This document shows, one piece after another, positions 19,245 through 27,829 of a stretch of DNA of 60,788 nucleotides; position 1 is the first letter of the stretch; each line of letters begins with the position of its first letter. The notes under the pieces are model-generated. The model ran no database searches, was not told where the DNA came from, and worked only from the letters and a program-made list of their open reading frames with translations. Made by a program: the position numbers and the translations under genes. This DNA is from Actinomycetota bacterium (lineage in GTDB: Bacteria > Actinomycetota > Acidimicrobiia > Acidimicrobiales > Ilumatobacteraceae), in assembly GCA_043747765.1 (NCBI GenBank), contig JAYTOM010000112.1, positions 1 through 60,788 of the forward strand, read 5' to 3'.

Positions 19245-21610
19245 CAGCCGCGGCCTCGCGTCAGCGACGTGCCGTTGAACATCCGTTTGCGCTCGCGTTC
19301 GCCGAGCATCGTCCCGATCGGCAGCAGTGGGCGCGGTCCGCCTGGCGCCTTGGACCAATCCTCGACAAGCCAGCCGCGTTTGCGGGCGATCGCCGCCAGA
19401 CGAGTCTCGGGGTTGACCGCGACTGGAAAGCCGACGCATTCGAGCATCGGCAGGTCGCTGGTGCTGTCGGCGTAGGCGATGCTCTCCTCGAGCAGCAGCC
19501 CCTCGGCCTTGCAGTAGTCGCTGAGGACTTGGGCGCGGGTTTCGCCTGTCGGTGGGACCTTGGCCAGTTCACCGCTGTAGGTGCCGTTGGGTCGTACGGT
19601 CATCTCGGCGGCGACGATCTCGTCGAACAATGGCTTCAAGCCGGCGACCGCGAAATCCATCGCCCCGGTGATCAGGATCGTGCGGTGGCCGAGCGCTCGG
19701 TGCTCGCGGACACGACGGATGCCGGCGGGGAAGCTCTTCGTGACGATCAACTGGGTCAGCAGTTCCTTGCTGTCCTCGGCGATCTGATCGACGGGTGCGT
19801 CCTCGTAGCGTCGGTAGAAAAAGCGCAGGAAGTCGCCGCGGTCCTTGCGGTCCATCGCCGAAAGGCTGGGGGCTTGAGCGAGCGTGCGGAGCACGTACCG
19901 GATCCGTTCTGGGGCATTCAGTCGTCGCGTCGCCAACCACGAGAAACTCTCCACGACATTGCTGCTGATCAGGGTGTTCTCTAGATCGAAGGCGGCGAGT
20001 TGTCGCTCTGGGGAGAGGATGCTGCGGCGCAGACGATCGGTGCGATCGTTGCGGTTCTTGCCCGGCTTGGTCTTCGCTCTGGCGTGGGTGACGATCGACG
20101 GGAGGTGGATCTCGGTGACGTAGAACGACCAGTCGACCGAACGCGGATCGAAGTTGAACCGAGCCTGATCGACGGCATCGAGGGTATCCCACATGCCGAG
20201 CAGGTTGTTCACCTGGTACAGCGCTTCGCACTCGGTGTACAGGCCGTACAGTTGAACGTATTCATAGGCGCGGTCGATGTCGTGTTTGCGTTCTTCCAGC
20301 TTCGCCGCCCACTCGGCCTGGGTGCCGCGCAACGGCAGCATCTGCAGTGCCTGCTCAGCGCGCGTGACCAGCATCTGGGCCCGCTTCAATTGCTGCTGCA
20401 CTTTGCCGCGCGCCGGGAACTTCCATTCCGGGACTTCGATTGGTTGACCCTCGGCGTCGTACAGCGGATGCTGGGTGAACCAGTCGCGGATGTAGTCGAC
20501 CATTGCCTGGTACTTCAGCGGGTTGACGCCACCACTGGCCACCTGCGTGATGCGCGGCGCGCTGGGGCCAACGGCGGCGACGGCGATGATCGAGGCAACG
20601 ACGATGTCGACCGGGATCACGTCGACCGTTCCCTCCGGCACGCCGGGGAACTGGGTCAGCAGACCGCGGGCATAGCTGAGGATGACCGGCTCGGCCATCC
20701 GGAATCCGCGGATCCAACCCGGACGTGGCTCTGACAGCGCCGATTCGATGATCGACGGGCGGACGATGTTGACGGCGATGTTGCCCTTCGACTCCATCAG
20801 CGCCTGTTCGCCGAGTGCCTTCGTGAACGCATACGCGTCCGGCCAGCCGACGCTGGCGGCGCGCGCCCGCCCGGCTTCGACCAACTCGTCGGTGACCCAG
20901 CGCTCACGCAGTTGTTCGGTCTTTGCAGCCAGAGCCGGCGCACCGGCAGCGCCGAGTTCTTTGATCGCGCTGGAGCGGAACTCGCGTAGCTTGTCCGGAA
21001 GACGGCTGGCTGCCTCGGCGTCGCTGCGTAGCCGGCGTGCCGACAGCACCTCCTTGCGCCAGTTCAGCCCGAGGTCGAACGGACCCTCGCTGACCAGTTC
21101 CTCCGGCGCGTTGCCGCGTCGATTGCCTGCCACGTAGCAGGTGCTGACGGTGACGAGATGCGGCGCGACGCCCAGCTTCTGTAGTGCCTCGGCGACACGC
21201 GTCGGGCCGAGCAGGTTGATCTCGACGGCTGTGTCGAGCGGTGAGTCGAACGCAACGGCGGCGGCGGAATGGATGATGGTATGGCACGAGGCGAGAATCA
21301 CCTGATCGGTGTCGTTCAACCCCAGCCCGTCGTTGCTGACGTCGCCGTTGATGGTCTGAACACGCCGGGCGACCATCTCGTCGAAGGTCTCGGCGGTGCC
21401 TGTCAGTTCTTCGCGCAGGCGGTCGAAGCAGTCGTTCTTGAAGATTTCGCGACGGGCTCGTTCCGGCGCGCCGCGCTTGCCGCCGCGGATCAGCAGGACG
21501 AGGTCGCACCCGGGAACACTGCGCAGCAACCGCTCGACGAGCGCTGTGCCGACGAAGCCGGTTGCGCCGGTGATGGCGATCCGCTTCCCGGCGAGTTGTT
21601 CGGCGATCAT
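19244..21610 (-). CDS. fatty acyl-CoA reductase (SDR, male-sterility type) fused to a C-terminal HAD-IB hydrolase domain
   Basis: The N-terminal part has ITGATGFVGTALVERLL, ..STCYVAG.. and YAFTKALGE (YxxxK). The C-terminal part has ..AAFDLENTLISSN.., ..ILITGAMDF.. and ..YADSTSDLPML.., the HAD motifs I-IV. An AAGAGGA RBS precedes the start. Confidence 0.85.
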   Translation of the reverse strand: MIAEQLAGKRIAITGATGFVGTALVERLLRSVPGCDLVLLIRGGKRGAPERARREIFKNDCFDRLREELTGTAETFDEMVARRVQTINGDVSNDGLGLNDTDQVILASCHTIIHSAAAVAFDSPLDTAVEINLLGPTRVAEALQKLGVAPHLVTVSTCYVAGNRRGNAPEELVSEGPFDLGLNWRKEVLSARRLRSDAEAASRLPDKLREFRSSAIKELGAAGAPALAAKTEQLRERWVTDELVEAGRARAASVGWPDAYAFTKALGEQALMESKGNIAVNIVRPSIIESALSEPRPGWIRGFRMAEPVILSYARGLLTQFPGVPEGTVDVIPVDIVVASIIAVAAVGPSAPRITQVASGGVNPLKYQAMVDYIRDWFTQHPLYDAEGQPIEVPEWKFPARGKVQQQLKRAQMLVTRAEQALQMLPLRGTQAEWAAKLEERKHDIDRAYEYVQLYGLYTECEALYQVNNLLGMWDTLDAVDQARFNFDPRSVDWSFYVTEIHLPSIVTHARAKTKPGKNRNDRTDRLRRSILSPERQLAAFDLENTLISSNVVESFSWLATRRLNAPERIRYVLRTLAQAPSLSAMDRKDRGDFLRFFYRRYEDAPVDQIAEDSKELLTQLIVTKSFPAGIRRVREHRALGHRTILITGAMDFAVAGLKPLFDEIVAAEMTVRPNGTYSGELAKVPPTGETRAQVLSDYCKAEGLLLEESIAYADSTSDLPMLECVGFPVAVNPETRLAAIARKRGWLVEDWSKAPGGPRPLLPIGTMLGERERKRMFNGTSLTRGRG

Positions 21611-21616
21611 TCCTCT

Positions 21617-21636
21617 TGTCTACCAGATGGTAGACA
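21617..21636. promoter_or_regulatory. TetR operator candidate: palindrome TGTCTACCA-GA-TGGTAGACA
   Basis: Perfect 9-bp arms fill most of the 26-bp spacer between the reductase ATG (21610) and the TetR GTG (21637). Confidence 0.55.
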
Positions 21637-22239
21637 GTGATCGTGACACGGCGGGCCAACACGAGGGCATCGATCCTGGAAGCCAGTGTCGATCTGTTCG
21701 GATCGCGAGGCTTCGGAGCAACGTCGCTCGACGACATCGCCGGCAAAGTGGGCGTGGCCAAACAGACGCTCCTGTACTGGTTCCCGTCGAAGGACGAGTT
21801 GCTCGACGCAGTCCTGGCCCAGACAGCCCTCGAGCTCGCGGCGGTGATCGAGGCCGCGGTGCGCGCCGCGCCGGACGATCCGTTGGCACGGGTCGAGGCT
21901 GTGGTCAAGGCCGTGTTCCGCCCTGCCGTGCGGCGCCCGGCGCTGCTCGGCCTGGTGCGCGAGGTCAGTCGTTTGTCGCCGGCTCACGCCGAGCGTTTGA
22001 CGCTGCAGGTTCAGCCGTTCGTTCGCCGAGCGATCGACTACCTCGACGAACAGATGGCGGCCGGTCGGCTCCGGCGCGCCGACCCGGGACTGGTCATCGC
22101 CCTCGCCTACGCCACGGTCACCGGCATCGCCACCGAGCCCGAGGCGCTACGCGCTGTCGAGTGGCCGGCGACGGCAACTGGCTTGCGCCGCCTGCGCAAC
22201 GAGTTGATCGCCTTCGTGCTCGCCGCCCTCCGCCCCTGA
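21637..22239 (+). CDS. TetR/AcrR family transcriptional regulator
   Basis: ..RASILEASVDLFGSRGFGATSLDDIAGKVGVAKQTLLYWFPSK.. is a TetR HTH. Confidence 0.88.
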   Translation: MIVTRRANTRASILEASVDLFGSRGFGATSLDDIAGKVGVAKQTLLYWFPSKDELLDAVLAQTALELAAVIEAAVRAAPDDPLARVEAVVKAVFRPAVRRPALLGLVREVSRLSPAHAERLTLQVQPFVRRAIDYLDEQMAAGRLRRADPGLVIALAYATVTGIATEPEALRAVEWPATATGLRRLRNELIAFVLAALRP

Positions 22240-22339
22240 CACGAGCTCACGAACCACACCCCCACGAAAGTTCGGCGAGCGGAAAAACCCCTACAGCGCG
22301 CTTTGCACACGTCGAAACTTTGGGGCAAGGGGGTGTCCG

Positions 22340-23431
22340 TCAGCGTTTGGTGTTGCGACGACGGCGCTGATGACGTTCGAGGGCGAGGTCGATCAGCTGA
22401 TCGACCAATCCGGAGTACGTCATGCCTGTCTGTCGCCACATCTTCGGATACATCGAGATCGGTGTGAAGCCAGGCATCGTGTTGACCTCGTTGATCAGAA
22501 ACCCACGACCGCGTTCTTCGAAGAAGAAGTCGACCCGAGCCAGCCCCTCACACCGCAGGGCCTGATACACCTGCACCGCCAGAGCACGCACCTCGGCAGT
22601 CTGTGCGTTCGTCAGTGGCGCCGGAATGAGCAGTTGCGCACTGTCGGCGAGGTACTTGTCCTCGTAGTCGTAGAAGTCCTTGCCCGGCACGATCTCGCCG
22701 GGCATGCTGGCGACCGGATGGAGGTTGCCGAGCACTGCGACTTCGATCTCGCGCCCGACGACCATCTCCTCGATGACCACCCACTCGTCGTACGTCAACG
22801 CGTGTTCGACCGATCGCTGAAGTTCCTCGCGCGACGAGGCCTTGGTGACCCCGACCGACGAACCCATGTTGGCCGGCTTGACGAACAGCGGAAGGCCGAG
22901 CGACTCGACGATGGCCGCCAGTCGGGTGGGTCCGACTTCGTGTTCGCGCAGGCTGACCCATCGCGCCTGAGGGATGGCGTGGAAGCCAACCAGCTCCTTG
23001 GCGACCGCCTTGTCCATCGCGACGGCGGATGCCAACACGCCGCTGCCGACGTACGGCACGTCGAGCAGTTCCAACATGCCTTGCACCGTTCCGTCCTCGC
23101 CGAGCGGGCCGTGCAGCAACGGCATCACCACCACTGGTCCAGCGGACGACGCGCTGCTGATCATCGATGTCGGTGACAGCGCGTCTCCAACCGCCTCCAG
23201 TCGCTCCGGGAGGGCGTCGGGGCCGGCGGCCAACGCGCGTTGGGCCGCTGTGGCCAGTTGCCAGTGTCCGTCGCGGTCGATGCCGATCGGGGTGATCCGG
23301 TAGCGGGTCTGGTCAACGGCGCGCAGGACGTGTGTTGCGGTGACGCAGCTGACATCGTGCTCGGCCGATTGACCTCCGAAGATGACGATCAGGTTGATTC
23401 GCTCGTCGGGGGAGGCGACCGGATCGACCAT
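22340..23431 (-). CDS. ddl: D-alanine--D-alanine ligase
   Basis: The ORF was trimmed to ATG 23431 (MVDPVASPDERINLIVIFGGQSAEHDVS..). An ATP-grasp C-terminal half (..VNTMPGFT..) is present. Confidence 0.9.
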   Translation of the reverse strand: MVDPVASPDERINLIVIFGGQSAEHDVSCVTATHVLRAVDQTRYRITPIGIDRDGHWQLATAAQRALAAGPDALPERLEAVGDALSPTSMISSASSAGPVVVMPLLHGPLGEDGTVQGMLELLDVPYVGSGVLASAVAMDKAVAKELVGFHAIPQARWVSLREHEVGPTRLAAIVESLGLPLFVKPANMGSSVGVTKASSREELQRSVEHALTYDEWVVIEEMVVGREIEVAVLGNLHPVASMPGEIVPGKDFYDYEDKYLADSAQLLIPAPLTNAQTAEVRALAVQVYQALRCEGLARVDFFFEERGRGFLINEVNTMPGFTPISMYPKMWRQTGMTYSGLVDQLIDLALERHQRRRRNTKR

Positions 23432-23463
23432 GGGCCAACGGTAGTCCGGGCTACCGTGCGGGA

Positions 23464-24762
23464 ATGCGATTTCGGGCCAGCGACGTGGCGCACGCGACGG
23501 GCGGCACCCTGTTCGGGCCAGACGTCGCGTTGGACGGGGCGTCGTTCGACAGTCGCTCGGTCGAAGCGGGCCAACTGTTCGTCGCGATCGTGGCAGAGCG
23601 TGACGGTCACCAGTTCGTCGGCAGCGCCTTGCAGGCCGGCGCCGGTGCATGCTTGATTCAGCGCGAACCGGGATCAGGGACCTCGATCGTGGTCGCGAGT
23701 ACGTCTGAATCGCTGCTCCGACTCGGTCGGTGGGGCCGCGAGCGGCTCCCCGGAGACGTCGTCGGCATCACCGGTTCGGTCGGCAAGACGAGTACGAAGG
23801 ACCTGGCTCGAGCAGCGCTGTCGGCGGGTCGTCGGACTGCCGCCAACGAGCGCAGCTTCAACAACGAGCAGGGCCTGCCCGTGACGATCCTCGGTGCTCC
23901 GGACGACACCGAGGTACTCGTGCTGGAGATGGGGATGCGTGGCTTCGGCGAGATCGCCCGACTGTGTGAGGTCGCCCGGCCCAACGTCGGCGTGGTCACA
24001 CGAGTTGCCGCGGCACACACCGAGCGCCTCGGAGGAATCGAAGGCGTCGCCCGCGCCAAATCCGAATTGATCGAAGCGCTCCCGGACAACGGAACAGCGA
24101 TCCTCAACGCCGACGATCCCTACGTGGTTCCTATGGCGGCCCTGTGCGCTGGGTCTGTCGTCATGTTCGGCACCGGTCAATCGGCGAACTTCCGGATTCA
24201 GAGTCTGACCCTCGATGCCCTCGCGCGGCCGCATTTCACGCTGGCGACCCCATGGGGAACGACGCCGGTGACGCTCGGAGTGAGTGGCGCGCACATGGCG
24301 ACGAACGCTGCAGCCGCACTCGCGACAGCGGTTGTCTGCGGTGTCGACCTGCACGCCGCCGCCGATGCCCTGCGGGTCGCGACGATGTCGCCGTGGCGGA
24401 TGGAGATAGCTCGAACACCAGCGGGTGCGCTCCTGATCAACGATGCCTACAACGCCAACCCGGCATCGATGCGTGCTGCGATCGAGACGTTGTCGACGAT
24501 GCATGTCGACGGCCGACGTGTCGCCCTTCTGGGGGTGATGGCCGAACTCGCCGACCCTGTTGCCGACCACCTCGAAATTGCACGGCTGCTCGATCTCCAC
24601 GGCATCGAGTTGATCGCCATCGGAACAGATCTGTACGGAGTGGAGCCTGTGTCCGATCCGTTGGCGGCGCTCGGCTTAATCGCCAGCGACGACGCCCTGC
24701 TCGTCAAAGGAAGCCGAGTTGCGGGATTGGAGCGGTTGGCTGCGCTCCTCCTCGGGCAATAG
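23464..24762 (+). CDS. murF: UDP-N-acetylmuramoyl-tripeptide--D-alanyl-D-alanine ligase
   Basis: The Mur ligase P-loop ..GITGSVGKTSTKD.., ..LEMGMRGFGEI.. and ..DAYNANP.. are present. Confidence 0.85.
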   Translation: MRFRASDVAHATGGTLFGPDVALDGASFDSRSVEAGQLFVAIVAERDGHQFVGSALQAGAGACLIQREPGSGTSIVVASTSESLLRLGRWGRERLPGDVVGITGSVGKTSTKDLARAALSAGRRTAANERSFNNEQGLPVTILGAPDDTEVLVLEMGMRGFGEIARLCEVARPNVGVVTRVAAAHTERLGGIEGVARAKSELIEALPDNGTAILNADDPYVVPMAALCAGSVVMFGTGQSANFRIQSLTLDALARPHFTLATPWGTTPVTLGVSGAHMATNAAAALATAVVCGVDLHAAADALRVATMSPWRMEIARTPAGALLINDAYNANPASMRAAIETLSTMHVDGRRVALLGVMAELADPVADHLEIARLLDLHGIELIAIGTDLYGVEPVSDPLAALGLIASDDALLVKGSRVAGLERLAALLLGQ

Positions 24763-25992
24763 GTCGGCCGGCCGCCTGATCAGGTCGCAGTACCAACTCA
24801 TCCCGATCGCGCCAACGACGCCGACCAAGAGCACCGGCTTGGGGCCGATCCAGTCGACGAACGGCCCGAACGCCAGAGCTCCGATACTGACCATCCCGCC
24901 GAACGACATGAACCACAGCGACATCAACCGGGCCCGCTCGTGGTCGCGCATGTTCGTCTGGAAGATGGTGATCATCGGTGTGACGGCGGCAAAGTAGAAG
25001 AAGCCGAGGAGGAACCCGACCGGGAGGGCCAGTTCTGGCCCCTCGGCGAGAGCGAAAACGAGCAGCGACACGGCAAATCCGCGAAAGGAGTTGACGATCA
25101 GCTTTCGCCGATCGAAGCGGAGGAACACCGTGCCGCACCCAAGTCCTCCGAGGGCGGCGCCCAAACCCCAGGTCGCGTACAGCCACTTGTAGGTCGGTCC
25201 TTCGGCATCGATCCCGAAGTTGAGTCTGGCAATCGAGGGGAACAGGCCGATGTAGGGCAGGCAGATGAACGAAAAGAGGGTCATCGCAATCAACATCCTG
25301 CTCAAAACGGATCGCTCGCGCGCGATGCGGATGCCACTCAGCAGCTTCTGGAAACCCTTCTCCACCGACTTCACGGACACATGTGGAATGACGATCATCA
25401 GGATGCCGGCCACGGCAAAAAGGTAGGTACCGGCGTTGATCAGGAAGATCTGCGGGACCGTCACACCAGCGCCGATGAGGATTGCGGCAAGTGCCGGGCC
25501 GATGACGCGCGACCCGTTCAGCGTCACCGAGTTGAGAGCAAGTGCACCCGGCAGATCCTCACGACTGACGAGCAACGGAATCGAAGCTTGGATGGCGGGT
25601 GCGCCAAGGGCGTTGAACGTGCCGATCGCGAGATTGACGAAGAAGAGTGCGATCAGTGGTGAGTCGCGCGCAATCAGGATCGCAATGCCGACCGAAAAAA
25701 CGAGCTGCATCGACTGGTTCATCACGAGCCACGGCCGACGTGGGAACCTGTCGGCCAGCACGCCGCCCGGAATCGACAGCAGCAGTAGCGGTCCGAGTTG
25801 GGCGAAGCCGATCAGCGCGACCCACGTTGCCTTGTGCGTGCGTGCGTCGATGTAGGCGGGCAGGGCCAGGTTCTGCATCCAGGTACCGACATTGCTGGCG
25901 AAGAGCGCGATCCAGATGATGCGGAAGTCGCGATAGCCGAGGGCTGCCCGTGCAGTGCCGGGGCCCGCAGTGCCCCGTTCTTTCCTGCTCAC
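24676..25992 (-). CDS. MFS transporter (EntS/DUF894-like)
   Basis: There are about 12 TM helices and ..GGVLADRFPRR.. The start was set at GTG 25992 and is uncertain. The upstream part of track ORF ..26277 overlaps the methyltransferase gene. Confidence 0.75.
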   Translation of the reverse strand: MSRKERGTAGPGTARAALGYRDFRIIWIALFASNVGTWMQNLALPAYIDARTHKATWVALIGFAQLGPLLLLSIPGGVLADRFPRRPWLVMNQSMQLVFSVGIAILIARDSPLIALFFVNLAIGTFNALGAPAIQASIPLLVSREDLPGALALNSVTLNGSRVIGPALAAILIGAGVTVPQIFLINAGTYLFAVAGILMIVIPHVSVKSVEKGFQKLLSGIRIARERSVLSRMLIAMTLFSFICLPYIGLFPSIARLNFGIDAEGPTYKWLYATWGLGAALGGLGCGTVFLRFDRRKLIVNSFRGFAVSLLVFALAEGPELALPVGFLLGFFYFAAVTPMITIFQTNMRDHERARLMSLWFMSFGGMVSIGALAFGPFVDWIGPKPVLLVGVVGAIGMSWYCDLIRRPADLLPEEERSQPLQSRNSASFDEQGVVAGD

Positions 25993-26038
25993 CTCGAGCC
26001 GTGTGGATTGGCGAGGTGATGCGCTGGGGACAACCGGC

Positions 26039-26746
26039 TCACGCAGGTCGTCGGGCCACAACGACCGCCGACAGGCCGAATGGTAGGTCGAAGCGTCGGA
26101 GTAGCCGACGCTCGGCCCGCGCCGCGAGCGCCAGCGAGCCACCGAGGCCACCCTGGTTGCGTCCGACGTCGCTCTTGCTTGCTCCCCGTTCGAAGAGGTG
26201 CATTGCGTAGGCCGGGGGGACGAGGAAGCTGTAGGCGCCGGTAGCGCGAAGTACATCCAGACCCGCCGACTCGGCAATCTCGCGGAGGCCGCGGATGCTG
26301 AATCGACGAGCGGCTTGGGTCACATCGTCGTGGCTGCGCCACAGTCGCTGCCCTCCGGGTTCGATGAGGCAGATCGTCGCACCCGGCTTGGCCACGCGAG
26401 CGAACTCGCGAACGACGACAGCGGGGTCCGGATTCATCCGGTGGTACAGCGCTGTGACACACATCACTGCGTCGAAAGCCCGGTCGGCGAACGGTAGGTG
26501 ATTGAGGTCACCGCGAGTCACCCTGTAGCCGGGGTGGTCGGTGCGGGCCGTCTGCAACGCGAAAGGTTCGTAGTCGATCAGGACAGTCGGTGCCCGGTCG
26601 GCCAACCACCCTCCTGTGGCCCCCGTTCCGCCGGCGGCATCCAGGTAGAGGGCGGTTTCGGCCGGCCCGAGATGGGGCTCGATCAACTGCTTGAGCAGGG
26701 CTCGGGTGCTTTCGTACCACCAGTGTTGATCACCGTTCTCGGCCAT
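26039..26746 (-). CDS. class I SAM-dependent methyltransferase
   Basis: The ORF was trimmed to ATG 26746 (MAENGDQHWWYES..). ..YLDAAGGTGATGGWL.. is motif I (alternative start GTG 26770). Confidence 0.75.
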   Translation of the reverse strand: MAENGDQHWWYESTRALLKQLIEPHLGPAETALYLDAAGGTGATGGWLADRAPTVLIDYEPFALQTARTDHPGYRVTRGDLNHLPFADRAFDAVMCVTALYHRMNPDPAVVVREFARVAKPGATICLIEPGGQRLWRSHDDVTQAARRFSIRGLREIAESAGLDVLRATGAYSFLVPPAYAMHLFERGASKSDVGRNQGGLGGSLALAARAERRLLRRFDLPFGLSAVVVARRPA

Positions 26747-26821
26747 CAGTCGGTATTCCTGTTCGTCCACGGAACCAAGTGTGGCAGCAGGAGTCGCCGT
26801 GCGATGCAGTAGCTTCGGCGA

Positions 26822-27829
26822 ATGATGCAGCACGACCGGGGGGAAACGACGGCTGATTTGCGTGGAACTGTCTGTGTCGTGACGGGTGGTCTGGGATTCA
26901 TCGGTTCCAACCTGGTCCACCGTCTGGTTGCCATGGGCGCCACAGTTCGCGTGATCGACGCACTGGTGCCGTCCCACGGTGGTGATCGTCGCAACGTCGA
27001 CGGTCTGGACATCGCGATCCTGGATTCGCGACTCGGTGGCGATCTCGTCGCCGACCTGATCGCTGGCGCCGATCTGATGTTCAACTTCGCCGGTCAGGTC
27101 AGCCACACGGCGTCGATGATCGATCCGCAGCTCGACCTGCAGTTGAATGCGCTGGATCATGCACACCTGCTCGAGACGGTGCGGCGGGTCAATCCGTCGT
27201 TGCGGATCGTGCATGCGTCCACCCGCCAGGTCTATGGCAGGGTGGATCGGCTCCCCGCCGACGAAACCACAGCTGCAAACCCAGTCGACGTCAACGGGGT
27301 GGCCAAACTGGCGGGCGAACAACTGCACATGGTCTACAACCACGCTCACGGAATTCCGTGTACGTCATTGCGGCTGAGCAACGTGTACGGACCGAGGCAG
27401 CGCCTGACGAGTGACGATCTCGGCTTCCTGCCCGTGTTCTTCCGTCGAGCCCTTCGGGGCGAGCAGATCGACATCTTCGGCGACGGTTCGCAACAGCGCG
27501 ATTGTCTGCACGTCGACGACGTCGTCGATGCGGCCCTCGCCGCGACGGCCGATGCGGCCGTTGGTCGTATCTACAACGTCGGAAACCGGAACGCACACAG
27601 TCTCTCGCACATCGCTGCGCTCATTTCCACGGCGGCGTCCAGCTCGATCCCTGTCCGTTACGTCCCCTTCCCCGATGACCATCAGCGGATCGACATCGGT
27701 TCGTTCATGACCGACAGCGGCCGCATTGCTGCCGAACTCGGTTGGGTTTCGTCGATCGAGATGGCAGCCGGCATCGTCCAGACGATGACTTTCTACAAGG
27801 AGAATCCGTGGTACCTGTCGTCGATCTGA
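26822..27829 (+). CDS. NAD-dependent epimerase/dehydratase (UXS/4,6-dehydratase-like SDR)
   Basis: ..VCVVTGGLGFIGSNLVHRL.. is a Rossmann motif, and the length matches extended SDRs. Confidence 0.85.
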   Translation: MMQHDRGETTADLRGTVCVVTGGLGFIGSNLVHRLVAMGATVRVIDALVPSHGGDRRNVDGLDIAILDSRLGGDLVADLIAGADLMFNFAGQVSHTASMIDPQLDLQLNALDHAHLLETVRRVNPSLRIVHASTRQVYGRVDRLPADETTAANPVDVNGVAKLAGEQLHMVYNHAHGIPCTSLRLSNVYGPRQRLTSDDLGFLPVFFRRALRGEQIDIFGDGSQQRDCLHVDDVVDAALAATADAAVGRIYNVGNRNAHSLSHIAALISTAASSSIPVRYVPFPDDHQRIDIGSFMTDSGRIAAELGWVSSIEMAAGIVQTMTFYKENPWYLSSI

